Source: a virus (lineage: Duplodnaviria; Heunggongvirae; Uroviricota; Caudoviricetes). Taken from it: 56,223 nucleotides of DNA. The notes under the pieces were generated by a model. It ran no database searches. It was not told the origin of the DNA and was given only the letters and a program-made list of their open reading frames with translations. The translations under genes and the position numbers were made by a program. The stretch is from the IMG/VR virus record IMGVR_UViG_3300011008_000036, positions 625 to 56,847 of that record; one strand, written 5' to 3'. Positions 1-9,399 of the stretch are shown in pieces (the first letter of the stretch is position 1; each line of letters opens with the position of its first letter).

Positions 1-201
1 ACTATCGAAAGCTAATATATTAGTTAGTAGAGTAAAGCCAAAGCTAATGTGGTAGGTATCTAAATGATATTAGTTTAGAATAATTCCTTTAAATTGAAAC
101 GATTGGTATAAATAATAAAGATATAGTCTCATCTTTATAGAAATATAAAGAAGTTCATAAGAGAACTGCATATATGTTGCGAATATATGTGAAGACAAAT
201 G
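1..201 (+). mobile_element. 3' part of a group I intron in gyrB (5' part lies outside the window)
   Basis: End of the R element (ACTAT, 1-5), S element AAGATATAGTC (118-128) and a P9 module nearly identical to those at 39213-39290 and 43213-43290. Terminal G placed at 201 by analogy with the other two copies. Confidence 0.85.
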
Positions 202-1248
202 TCCAAAAATGTTTATAAGGCAACACTTGATCAGATTGTTGGTCAACGTGGAAACAAAGAATTTACAGATTTAATTAATATTTTGGGGTGTAATGTAGGA
301 TCTAAATTTGATTTATCAAAATTGCAATTTAATAAAATAATAATTGCATCGGATGCTGATGTAGACGGATTATTTATTAGAAGTCTTTTAATGGCATTCT
401 TCTTTAAATTATTTCCAGAAATTATTAAAGACAATAGATTATATATTGCAGAGCCTCCATTATATAGAGTAGGTGATAGAAAAGATCCATTTGTGATTAA
501 TAAAGAAGATTATATTAACAGATATAGCCGAGCTGTTACAAAAGATTATCGAATTGGATTTATTTTCGATGATAATTCTGTATCTTATTTTAAATTATCT
601 GATATAAGAGATTTCTTACAATTAACATATCAATATCCAAATGATATGCAAATAATTGCAGAGCATTATAAAATAAATGAACGATTGTTAGAAATAATCT
701 TTGAAAAATTTTCTATGTTTGATTCATTTAGAGATTTTCTAAATGATTTAAATATTCAGGATTTATTAAATAGAATTAATCAGGAATTTTCAGAATTAAC
801 TTATGATTATGATAAGAATTTAATTATTGGATCTATTGATGCTAAGATGCAATTGATTGAAATAAATGAAACATTGTTTAATAAATCAACTGAATTCAAA
901 GATATAATTCTAACATTTGGAAGTAATGATAAAAGAAAATTATTATTGAAAGATAATAAAAATAATACAGAACATGATTACTCCATGTTACAATTATTAA
1001 AAATATTAAAGAAATATCAACCAGAAATTTTACATAGATTCAAAGGTCTTGGAGAAAATTCTGATGAAGATATAAAACTAACAATTATGGATCCAAACAC
1101 CAGAAGTCTTATAAAAGTCAATATAGGTGACATTGAAAATGATATGAAGATTTTCCAAATGTTAAGAGGTTCAAATTATGAAGATTTGGAAGGTAGAAGA
1201 ATGCTAATGAAAAATATGAAGATTGACAGAGCTTTAATAGATACTTAA
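202..1248 (+). CDS. gyrB: Type IIA topoisomerase B subunit (GyrB-like), 3' exon
   Basis: SKNVYKA matches the ILNVEKA region; TOPRIM motif IIIASDADVDG; PPLY; RFKGLGE. The ORF-track ATG at 199 lies in the intron tail. Confidence 0.92.
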   Translation, partial: SKNVYKATLDQIVGQRGNKEFTDLINILGCNVGSKFDLSKLQFNKIIIASDADVDGLFIRSLLMAFFFKLFPEIIKDNRLYIAEPPLYRVGDRKDPFVINKEDYINRYSRAVTKDYRIGFIFDDNSVSYFKLSDIRDFLQLTYQYPNDMQIIAEHYKINERLLEIIFEKFSMFDSFRDFLNDLNIQDLLNRINQEFSELTYDYDKNLIIGSIDAKMQLIEINETLFNKSTEFKDIILTFGSNDKRKLLLKDNKNNTEHDYSMLQLLKILKKYQPEILHRFKGLGENSDEDIKLTIMDPNTRSLIKVNIGDIENDMKIFQMLRGSNYEDLEGRRMLMKNMKIDRALIDT

Positions 1249-1255
1249 TAATTAT

Positions 1256-1290
1256 TTAGAAGATGATCCAATTATAGGATCATCTTCTAA
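1256..1290. terminator. Intrinsic terminator-like inverted repeat
   Basis: 14-bp stem TTAGAAGATGATCC/GGATCATCTTCTAA right after the gyrB stop; the same core stem recurs at 3181-3212. Confidence 0.7.
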
Positions 1291-1330
1291 AATTAATTGA
1301 TATATATTAAATAGAAAGGAGTAGCTGATA

Positions 1331-2253
1331 ATGGATGATAATAAACACGTGGAACTTGTTTGTGATAATTGTCATAAATCATATATAATACACATTCGTA
1401 GCATGTATAGACGAAAACAATTCAATCGACCAAACCTATGTCAAGAATGTTCACGAAAAGCTGTTGCAGATAAGAATAGAGAAACTTTTAAAAAGCCTGA
1501 AGTTAAAAAAAAGATTAGCGAAAAAACAAAACAAGGTTTAAAAAATATAACACTACCATCAAACAAGGAATTGAGTAATTTAATACAAACAGAATATGAT
1601 GAACAATGTGATTTGATAAAAAATGGTATGAGATTATCATATGAAGATCATGTTGAACAAGAAAGAAGAATAATATTAAGAAGAAATAAAGAATCATTTA
1701 TGAAATTACCAAATATTGTTTTACACAATTTAGATATGATAACCAATAAACCTGAAGTTGATTTTATTAATTTATTACGATCATTTGAATATCCATGTAT
1801 AATATTTAATTATCAATGGTATAATATATATGAACATCCTAAATTTAAAGAATTATTTCCAAATAATATTATTACTGGATATAATTATGTATCACCATTT
1901 CATAGATGGGATTTTAAAATATTAACAAATAAATGTGATTTAAAATATTAACAAATAAATGTGATATATTTGTTGATATTGATGGAAGTATCCATGATAA
2001 AAATAAACATGATTATATTGTAACTAATGATTATGGTGTTAAATTTAATTTACGAGATTCTATACAATTTAAAGATATTCAACGTAAATATCAAACTGAT
2101 AATTCTCCTGCATATATCATTCAATGTTACAATGATAAATTAAATATTGATTGTAAAGTTATAAATATTTATAATGATAATATTATGCCCATTAAAGAAT
2201 TTCTCAATATGATATTAGAATATAATAAAATACCAATTATAAATAGTAATTGA
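1331..2253 (+). pseudogene. Zn-ribbon + PD-(D/E)xK/EDxHD-like endonuclease, frameshifted by a 26-nt tandem duplication
   Basis: CxxC...CxxC N-terminus. Duplication at 1913-1938/1939-1964; removing one copy gives a 298-aa ORF with WDFKI...DIFVDIDGSIH ending at TGA 2251-2253. Confidence 0.8.
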
Positions 2254-2371
2254 TTTTATAATGATATATTCTAATGTTGATATAAATAAATTAGAGTGTT
2301 ATAAATTAACAAAATTATCTAATATAAATAATTCAGAAATAGTATAATTTTAAACAAAGGAGATAAAAATT

Positions 2372-3163
2372 ATGCCTAGAAGAAAAGCATCTGAAGTTGA
2401 GAATGATGAAGTACTTGAACCAGTAGCAAAAAAGAATGAAACATTTGTAGTTCGCTGGTTCAATGATTATGCGGTTGACAATAAAGATGATTTAAAAATA
2501 GTCTGTGATGCAACACTACGATCAGCAGAACAGCAGTTTTCATTGTATCTGAAATCTAAAAACTCTGAAACCTATGCAGCTATATTCTATGGAACATTTA
2601 TCAATATACTTGAATTTCTTAAAGAAAAAGAAAAAACGTATAATGAATTTACAATTGAAATTGGATCTTCAATAAATATTGGATTCTGTAATAATACAGA
2701 TGAAAATAATGAAAAAGCTGGTAATTTTATGCCAATTCTTGAATGCACTGGAACGTTGAATAGAAATATTGCTGGTCCAAATCCATCTGATCTCACAGAA
2801 CAATCTAGTGCAATAAGTTATATTTCATGGAAAGAATTGAATTGTAAACGTAATGCAGATGCAATGAAAGAAATTCAAGAAAAAACATATCAATATTTAA
2901 AGAAAGAATTTAGAATTAATCTGAGAACATCAGAAGCGGTCATTCCATTATTTTGTATATTTATTGACCATCTAATGAATGTGTTGAAATATAAATATAA
3001 AGAATTACTTGATACAAATATTAGTGAAGTATCAATGAAAGTTTTAGGATTGTTTGAAATGTTCTATTCATATAATGAAGAAACTGGTCAAGATATCATT
3101 GATTTTGTACCAAGTGTGTTTATGAAATTATCATTAAAATCAGATGAACGTGCTGAAAGATAA
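2372..3163 (+). CDS. Hypothetical protein (263 aa)
   Basis: Long ORF, SD AAGGAG, terminator hairpin downstream; no motif recognised. Confidence 0.8.
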   Translation: MPRRKASEVENDEVLEPVAKKNETFVVRWFNDYAVDNKDDLKIVCDATLRSAEQQFSLYLKSKNSETYAAIFYGTFINILEFLKEKEKTYNEFTIEIGSSINIGFCNNTDENNEKAGNFMPILECTGTLNRNIAGPNPSDLTEQSSAISYISWKELNCKRNADAMKEIQEKTYQYLKKEFRINLRTSEAVIPLFCIFIDHLMNVLKYKYKELLDTNISEVSMKVLGLFEMFYSYNEETGQDIIDFVPSVFMKLSLKSDERAER

Positions 3164-3296
3164 TAATTAATATTTAATATATAGAAGATGATCTATAATG
3201 ATCATCTTCTATATAATTATTTTATTATTTTTAATCATATATTATTTTTGTAAGAACAAAAAATAAATATGTTGTGTAAAGGAGATATAGTATAAG

Positions 3297-4616
3297 ATGC
3301 TAGTAAATAAAGAAGCATTACAAAAAATTATTAATGAAGAAAATTATAAATCATTAGATGAATTATATTGGTATGAAACAGAAGACCAACATAAGAAACG
3401 TGCTAAATTACAAGAACGATTGGAAAGACAATTTAGAGAATCACATTTATCAAACTTTTATAAATTAATACCAAATATAAAATTATCAACTGGACCATTT
3501 TGGTATATTTGGGATTATGGTGTGTATAATAAACATAACGAATTAGTAGCATTAGTTGATTTATATGATGGAAATTTTTATATTGATAAATGTGATTATG
3601 AAGAATTTATTAAAGTTCCATTGGAACATGCTTGTAGTATTAATGAAGTACTCACAGAAGGTTTAAAAATATTACGAGAATCAGTATTAGAATCATATAT
3701 GAATATTTCGGAATTTACAATTTATAGTGATCATTTCATTGATTCTTTAGAATTTATGATTAAATGGTTATTACCAAATTACGATGAATATGTTGACAAA
3801 ATGTTTGAATTATCACGTTCAATATCATTTCCATTTCCACATTATTCAGATAATGAATTAATTGAATCATATGATCAATTATGTCAAATGCCATGTGACG
3901 ATTCAAATATTGCATTGAATACCAGAGTAGGAGATAAAATAATTCAACATTTTCATCCATCAATTTGGAAAGCTCATCGTGGTGGAGATAGATCACCTTA
4001 TGAGGCTTGGCAAGATGATGAATTAATCAAAAAGGTTATACGTAATAGAGTAATATTTCAACCCTATATAAATGCATATAAAATTTGTCAAGGTTTAAAT
4101 ATCATGAGAGCAGCTTCTAAAGTATCTGTATTTTCAGCAGGTAGAGCAAAATTAATTATTCATAAATATTTAAATGATTATAATACAATATTCGATCCAT
4201 TTTCTGGATATTCTGGTAGATTATTGGGAACTATTTCCATAGGAAAACATTATATTGGTCAAGATATAAATATTAACCATATTAATGAATCTTGTAATAT
4301 ATTGATATTCTTAAGAAATCATTTTAAAAATATCAATGCAGAATTATTCAATAAGAATATATTTGCTAGTAGTGGAAAATATCCATGTTTGTTTACATGT
4401 TCACCTTATGCAGACAAGGAAATTTGGGACGGGACACCAGAATCTTCATTATCATGTGATAAATGGATTAATGAATGTTTGCAAAGATTTGATTGTGAAA
4501 GGTATGTTTTTGTAGTAGATGAAAGTACAGATTATAAAGATAATATAGTAGAAACTTTGAATAATAAATCACATTTTGGATTAAATAATGAATATGTCAT
4601 TGTGATAAATCGATAA
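3297..4616 (+). CDS. Putative amino-DNA methyltransferase with a degenerate N-terminal nuclease-like domain
   Basis: SAM-binding-like IFDPFSGYSGRLLG followed by YIGQD; motif-IV-like FTCSPY; paralogous to the C-terminal part of 13109-15317. Confidence 0.65.
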   Translation: MLVNKEALQKIINEENYKSLDELYWYETEDQHKKRAKLQERLERQFRESHLSNFYKLIPNIKLSTGPFWYIWDYGVYNKHNELVALVDLYDGNFYIDKCDYEEFIKVPLEHACSINEVLTEGLKILRESVLESYMNISEFTIYSDHFIDSLEFMIKWLLPNYDEYVDKMFELSRSISFPFPHYSDNELIESYDQLCQMPCDDSNIALNTRVGDKIIQHFHPSIWKAHRGGDRSPYEAWQDDELIKKVIRNRVIFQPYINAYKICQGLNIMRAASKVSVFSAGRAKLIIHKYLNDYNTIFDPFSGYSGRLLGTISIGKHYIGQDININHINESCNILIFLRNHFKNINAELFNKNIFASSGKYPCLFTCSPYADKEIWDGTPESSLSCDKWINECLQRFDCERYVFVVDESTDYKDNIVETLNNKSHFGLNNEYVIVINR

Positions 4617-4617
4617 T

Positions 4618-4647
4618 TATAAGAAGCCTACTATCAGGCTTCTTATA
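4618..4647. terminator. Intrinsic terminator-like inverted repeat
   Basis: 12-bp stem TATAAGAAGCCT/AGGCTTCTTATA after the stop codon. Confidence 0.65.
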
Positions 4648-4683
4648 TTAATTTAATTTTTTTATTAATTGGGGTAATAACAT

Positions 4684-6017
4684 ATGAAAAAATCATATAT
4701 AGAATTAATTTGTGATAAATGTTTGAAAAAATATCAAATTAGAAAAAGTAGTTATTACAGAAGAAAACAATTTAATCGTCCAAATTTATGTAATGATTGT
4801 ATGCATAAATACGTTGGAAATAGAAATAAAGAAGTGTGGCAAAACAAATCATCTGAAGAAAAAATATATCATGCTAAACAGTCAAGTGAAATAAATAAAA
4901 AACGATTTGCTAACAAATCACCAGAAGAACAACAACTGCAAATTTATAAATTACAAAAGGGATATGCTGATTATATTAATAATCTAACTTCTGAGGAAAA
5001 AGATAAACTTTCAGAAAAGCATCGTGAAGTTTGGAATAAGAAAACAGAATTGGAGAAAGAAGAATTTATCAAAAAGCAACAAGAAATTTGGAATAATAAA
5101 ACTCTTGCTGAACAAATGAAATGTATATCTAGACTTCATAGTGGTCATAAACATTATATTGAAACTAGAACTGAGGAACAAAGAATTCTTCATAATAATA
5201 AAATAAGTAAAGGTGTAAAGAAAGCTTGGGATAGTATGGATATTAATGAAAGAAAAATTTTAATAACCCGAGCTATAGAAAATCTTAATAATTTCAGAAA
5301 AAATGAATCTGCTAATAATAAGAAAGAGCGATATATAAAAAATAGTATTAAATGTCGTGAAAATATTAAAAATATGACATATAATGAAAGAGTTAAAAAT
5401 AATTTAAATACTATTTATATAAAAAATAAAAATGCTATAATAAATACTCAAATTATTATTACAAATCATTTGGATAAAATGAAATATGATAATGAAAGAG
5501 AATTTATGAGAGTATTAATAATTAATGATATTGAATTCATATATCAATGGTATAATATATATGAACATCCAAAATTTAAAGAATTATTTCCAAATAATAT
5601 TATTACTGGATATAATTATGTATCACCATTTCATAGATGGGATTTTAAAATATTAACAAATAAATGTGATGATATAATTATGTATCACCATTTCATAGAT
5701 GGGATTTTAAAATATTAACAAATAAATGTGATATATTTATAGATATCGATGGAAGTATACATGATGAATCACAAAATAATTATTACAGAACATTACCTTC
5801 AGGAAATAAAATATTAATGAAAGATCTTATATCATTTTATGATTCTCAACGTAAATATCAAACTGATAATTCTCCTGCATATATCATTCAATGTTACAAT
5901 GATAAATTAACTTTAGATGATAAAGTTATAAATATTTATAATGATAATAATATAATGAGTTTGAAAGAATTTATTAACATAATAAAAGAATATGATAATT
6001 GTTTAAAAAATATTTAA
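4684..6017 (+). pseudogene. Zn-ribbon + helical repeats + EDxHD-like endonuclease, frameshifted by a 62-nt tandem duplication
   Basis: Duplication at 5609-5670/5671-5732; removing one copy joins ORFs 4684-5718 and 5817-6017 into 423 aa with DIFIDIDGSIH; paralog of 1331-2253. Confidence 0.8.
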
Positions 6018-6059
6018 AAATATTAAATAATTCCAATAATTGGAATTATTTAATATTTT
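6017..6059. terminator. Bidirectional terminator-like hairpin between convergent genes
   Basis: Near-perfect palindrome of about 20 bp, AAAATATTAAATAATTCCAA/TTGGAATTATTTAATATTTT. Confidence 0.7.
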
Positions 6060-6063
6060 ATAA

Positions 6064-6801
6064 TTACATGAAATGGATATGGTCAATGTCTAAATTTGAA
6101 GAATTTCTCCATTCTTCTAATAATTGATTTCTTGCTTCTTCAGCACTCTGAAGATCATCTATTTTTAAATTTATATTACCAAAAGCTGTTGGAATGTCAT
6201 TATAATGTTTTAATGTACTATACAGAAACATTTTGACATCTAATAATGCTAATTGCATAAATGAATCATAACAACTTGGTTTTATAGTTTCTCCATTTGG
6301 TTCGTGTTCACATGCCAATTTGAATTCAAGAATAGCTTTTGGATATCCTTGCAATTGAATTTGGTTGTGACCGAGGTAATTGAATGTTGGTTCAGATCTC
6401 ATTTCACCAGCTACCATCATATATGCTTGACTTGTCAATACTCCACCAACTGACCTAGAGATTCCACCAACTGGAGCAATATCGTTGTAAATTCCTCTGC
6501 TATTCAAATATGGGGGCATGACATTAATTACCCACATTACTGGAGTCAATGTTAGAAAATTAGGTAATTTATAAATATCATATTTTTTATCAATAACTTC
6601 AAGTGAACCAAGATGGGCTAACCCTGTACGTTTCCATGGCATGAATTGTGAATATTCACTAATTGTTACAGTACTTAATACTTCATGTATAACGTTTTCA
6701 ACAGGAATTGTTTCACCAGTAATATCATCTTTAAATGGTAATGTTAATTCATATAATCCTAATTGTGTTTTAATAACACTAATTGCTTTTGACATATTCA
6801 T
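6064..6801 (-). CDS. Probable virion neck/head-completion protein
   Basis: C-terminal FGNINLKIDDLQSAEEARNQLLEEW resembles the T4 gp13-type neck protein tail (recollection, not a search); SD GGAGG. Confidence 0.45.
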   Translation of the reverse strand: MNMSKAISVIKTQLGLYELTLPFKDDITGETIPVENVIHEVLSTVTISEYSQFMPWKRTGLAHLGSLEVIDKKYDIYKLPNFLTLTPVMWVINVMPPYLNSRGIYNDIAPVGGISRSVGGVLTSQAYMMVAGEMRSEPTFNYLGHNQIQLQGYPKAILEFKLACEHEPNGETIKPSCYDSFMQLALLDVKMFLYSTLKHYNDIPTAFGNINLKIDDLQSAEEARNQLLEEWRNSSNLDIDHIHFM

Positions 6802-6831
6802 TATTTAATTCCTCCTATAGAAAGTAATCAA

Positions 6832-6866
6832 AATTTTATAGAATCGTTGAATTATGATGATATATT
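6832..6866. repeat. 35-nt intergenic repeat, copy 1 (candidate back-to-back promoters)
   Basis: 34/35 identical to 7686-7720; both copies lie between divergent genes. Confidence 0.8.
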
Positions 6867-6927
6867 CTTCATATAATAAATAACTTTAAAGTTATTTGAA
6901 ATCTTTATATTAAGGGATTGATATTAT

Positions 6928-7197
6928 ATGACTAAAAGAAAAAATTTTGATTTTACGTATCATTGTTTGAATTGTGGCAAAGAATATCGAACCAATAAAA
7001 TTTTTCCATATGGTTGGATATGTTCAAAATGCATACATGATATAAAAATAAATAAAAATAATATATTGGGATATTTTGTATCCCAATATATTATTTTTTT
7101 CTATAAAAATGTATATGTATTTGAATTAGTATATTCTTTCAATTTCTTTTTAGAATTATATCCAGAAGCCCATAACATATTTTCAATAAATGGATAA
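6928..7197 (+). CDS. Small CxxC-CxxC zinc-finger protein
   Basis: CLNC...CSKC; SD-like AAGGGA; the 3' end overlaps the convergent gene by 97 nt. Confidence 0.5.
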   Translation: MTKRKNFDFTYHCLNCGKEYRTNKIFPYGWICSKCIHDIKINKNNILGYFVSQYIIFFYKNVYVFELVYSFNFFLELYPEAHNIFSING

Positions 7198-7652
7198 AAT
7201 CGTTCATTCATCTTATCAATAAAATACTCACCAAATTCTTCTAACGCTCCTATTGATTGATTATCAATATTTGATTCAAATAATTTATTTTTTCCATCAT
7301 CAATTGTTTTTAATAATTTATTTATACCCATAATATATGATTCAATATATTTTTTTGTATCTGTGTATAAAATTCTATGATCTTGAAATAATTTATTATC
7401 AATGAAATCATGAGTAGCTTCTGTAATTTGTTTTTGATTCATTGATTTTACATTATCAATATTTTCAATTTTATAATCAATATAACCTTCTAAATATAAA
7501 TTAAATTTATCAACTGCTTCATTTATATTAGTAGCTTTGATTGATAATTCATTCAATTTATAACTTTGATTATTTGATAATTTATCTAATGATTCAAAAA
7601 CTTCTCTATCATATTTTGTGAATAAATTTTTAACTGCTTCATTTAAAAACAT
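7101..7652 (-). CDS. Hypothetical protein (183 aa)
   Basis: ORF with SD AGGAG on the minus strand. Confidence 0.75.
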   Translation of the reverse strand: MFLNEAVKNLFTKYDREVFESLDKLSNNQSYKLNELSIKATNINEAVDKFNLYLEGYIDYKIENIDNVKSMNQKQITEATHDFIDNKLFQDHRILYTDTKKYIESYIMGINKLLKTIDDGKNKLFESNIDNQSIGALEEFGEYFIDKMNERFYPFIENMLWASGYNSKKKLKEYTNSNTYTFL

Positions 7653-7685
7653 TAGAGATCATCTCCTATATAAAGAATAATATTC

Positions 7686-7720
7686 AATTTTATAGAATCG
7701 TTGAATTATAATGATATATT
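7686..7720. repeat. 35-nt intergenic repeat, copy 2
   Basis: 34/35 identical to 6832-6866. Confidence 0.8.
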
Positions 7721-7852
7721 ATATATTTATACAAATAAGAAAAGAGGGAATAAAAAATGTTATGAAATATTATAATTTAAATTATGCGGATAATAAAATT
7801 TATTATGGTATTAAACAAGTTAAATTAAATTAATTAAAGGAGACTTAAAATT

Positions 7853-8146
7853 ATGGAAAATATGAATATTGGCGCAATGTTAAAAATGGAATGGTTAATC
7901 GATAATAATGCTCAACTTCCAGAAGGAACAACTGAAGTTATTTGTTCAAGTTGTGGAATGAGATTTGCTGTTCCTACTGATGCATATAAACTTTTAGTTG
8001 GAGTATCAGATGGAGCTAATCTTAATTTTATTTGTGAAGATTGTGTATTACAAGAAGAAGGAGCTGAATTTGATGATGAACCATTGGATGATGAATTATA
8101 TTCTGAAGATCCAAATGATCTAATTAATGAAGCTCTTGGGAATTAA
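7853..8146 (+). CDS. Small acidic zinc-finger protein (paralog family member 1)
   Basis: CSSC...CEDC, acidic tail, ends INEALGN. Confidence 0.8.
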   Translation: MENMNIGAMLKMEWLIDNNAQLPEGTTEVICSSCGMRFAVPTDAYKLLVGVSDGANLNFICEDCVLQEEGAEFDDEPLDDELYSEDPNDLINEALGN

Positions 8147-8237
8147 ATAAAATTTTATTGTGTATATAACAAATAGATATTGGAAAAAATTATATGATTA
8201 ATAAATAATAAGTTAATTAATTTATGAAAATATAATA

Positions 8238-8695
8238 TAGACATCTTTCAGCAAATTTTAAATGATCACAATATATGCGGGTCTAAGTATGTCTAGATAA
8301 TATTATATTATTCCATAAATTAAATGTGTCATGTAATTATAAGATACAACCAGCAAGAACATAATATATTTACGTCAACATATTTTGATATCAAATATTT
8401 GTATCTTGTTATTTAAAGACTCTTTCAGCAATATATTTAAGATTGTATAATTTTGTGCTTATACGTAAAAAACGGAGTCTTGAATTATTTTAAAGATTCA
8501 TTACAGCAAATATTTCAAATGGTTAACTATATTAGAATATTTTAAATTGAATCTTGTTTTAATAATTAAACTATTACTAATGATACTAAACAGCAAAATT
8601 ATTTATGATTATATAATTTATTTTAATTATAAATCTGAAAGATACAACCAGCAAGAACATAATATATTTTCGATTGATGAAACAAATGTATCTTG
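8238..8695 (+). repeat. Array of six stem-loop units with a conserved CAGCAA motif (candidate ncRNA array)
   Basis: Units at 8238-8296, 8341-8408, 8416-8482, 8493-8556, about 8580-8637 (degenerate) and 8639-8695; closing stems of 7-8 bp that covary between units. Confidence 0.75.
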
Positions 8696-8714
8696 AAAAT
8701 TATAATTAAATTAG

Positions 8715-8788
8715 TGGCAGTTAGTTCAAAGGCAGAACAGTGGACTGTTAATCCATCAATACTGGTTCGAGTCCAGTACTGCCAGCCA
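8715..8788 (+). tRNA. trnN: tRNA-Asn(GTT)
   Basis: Acceptor stem TGGCAGT/ACTGCCA, anticodon loop CT-GTT-AA, T-loop GGTTCGAGTCC, discriminator G, encoded CCA. Confidence 0.95.
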
Positions 8789-8799
8789 ATTTTAATTTT

Positions 8800-8894
8800 G
8801 GATAAGTGGCTGAGTGGTCGATAGCGGCTTCCTGCTAAGGAGTTGATCTGATATTTATTCAGATCCATAAGTTCGAATCTTATCTTATCCGCCA
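8800..8894 (+). tRNA. trnS: tRNA-Ser(GCT)
   Basis: Acceptor stem GGATAAG/CTTATCC, anticodon loop CT-GCT-AA, long variable arm, T-loop GTTCGAAT, encoded CCA. Confidence 0.93.
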
Positions 8895-8930
8895 TTTTCT
8901 TTTAATTATCAATTTAGGAGATGAATATAA

Positions 8931-9287
8931 ATGATATTTATACCAATGAAATATCATAGTATCTACTATGATGAATGTGATAAAAATTCAACAATTATTG
9001 TTTGTAATAAATGTAAAAGATCATTTTACGTTCCAAGAGAGATTGTTGATAATTTAATTAAAGTAAAATTTTCTAAATCTTCTGAACCTGAAATAATTTG
9101 TGAAAATTGTGCTACAGAATTAGAAAATAATGGAAAATTAAAAATAACTAAGAAATCATCTTCTAATGAAATTGAAACTACACTTGATTTATTAAGTGAC
9201 AATTTAGATGATCTGTGTGAATCGTTCCAAGAAATTTCTGAAACATTTGAAGAAATGTCATTAATTATTAAAGAAAATCTTGGATAG
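8931..9287 (+). CDS. Small zinc-finger protein (paralog family member 2)
   Basis: CNKC...CENC, ends IIKENLG. Confidence 0.75.
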   Translation: MIFIPMKYHSIYYDECDKNSTIIVCNKCKRSFYVPREIVDNLIKVKFSKSSEPEIICENCATELENNGKLKITKKSSSNEIETTLDLLSDNLDDLCESFQEISETFEEMSLIIKENLG

Positions 9288-9339
9288 TATTTGTATAAAT
9301 AATAATTCATAATATTATTTTATTTCCTCATGTTTTGAT

Positions 9340-9380
9340 AAAATATATAGATGAGCTTTTAAAGCTCATCTATATATTTT
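9340..9380. terminator. Terminator-like inverted repeat
   Basis: AAAATATATAGATGAGCT/AGCTCATCTATATATTTT. Confidence 0.65.
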
Positions 9381-9399
9381 TGTTGAGTTTCAAATTTTA

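Noticed and set aside
8238-8695. CRISPR mini-array
   Set aside because: The repeats are not identical, the conserved feature is a stem enclosing the variable part, and no cas genes are in the window.
8623-8895. 90-aa minus-strand ORF
   Set aside because: It is the antisense of the two tRNA genes.
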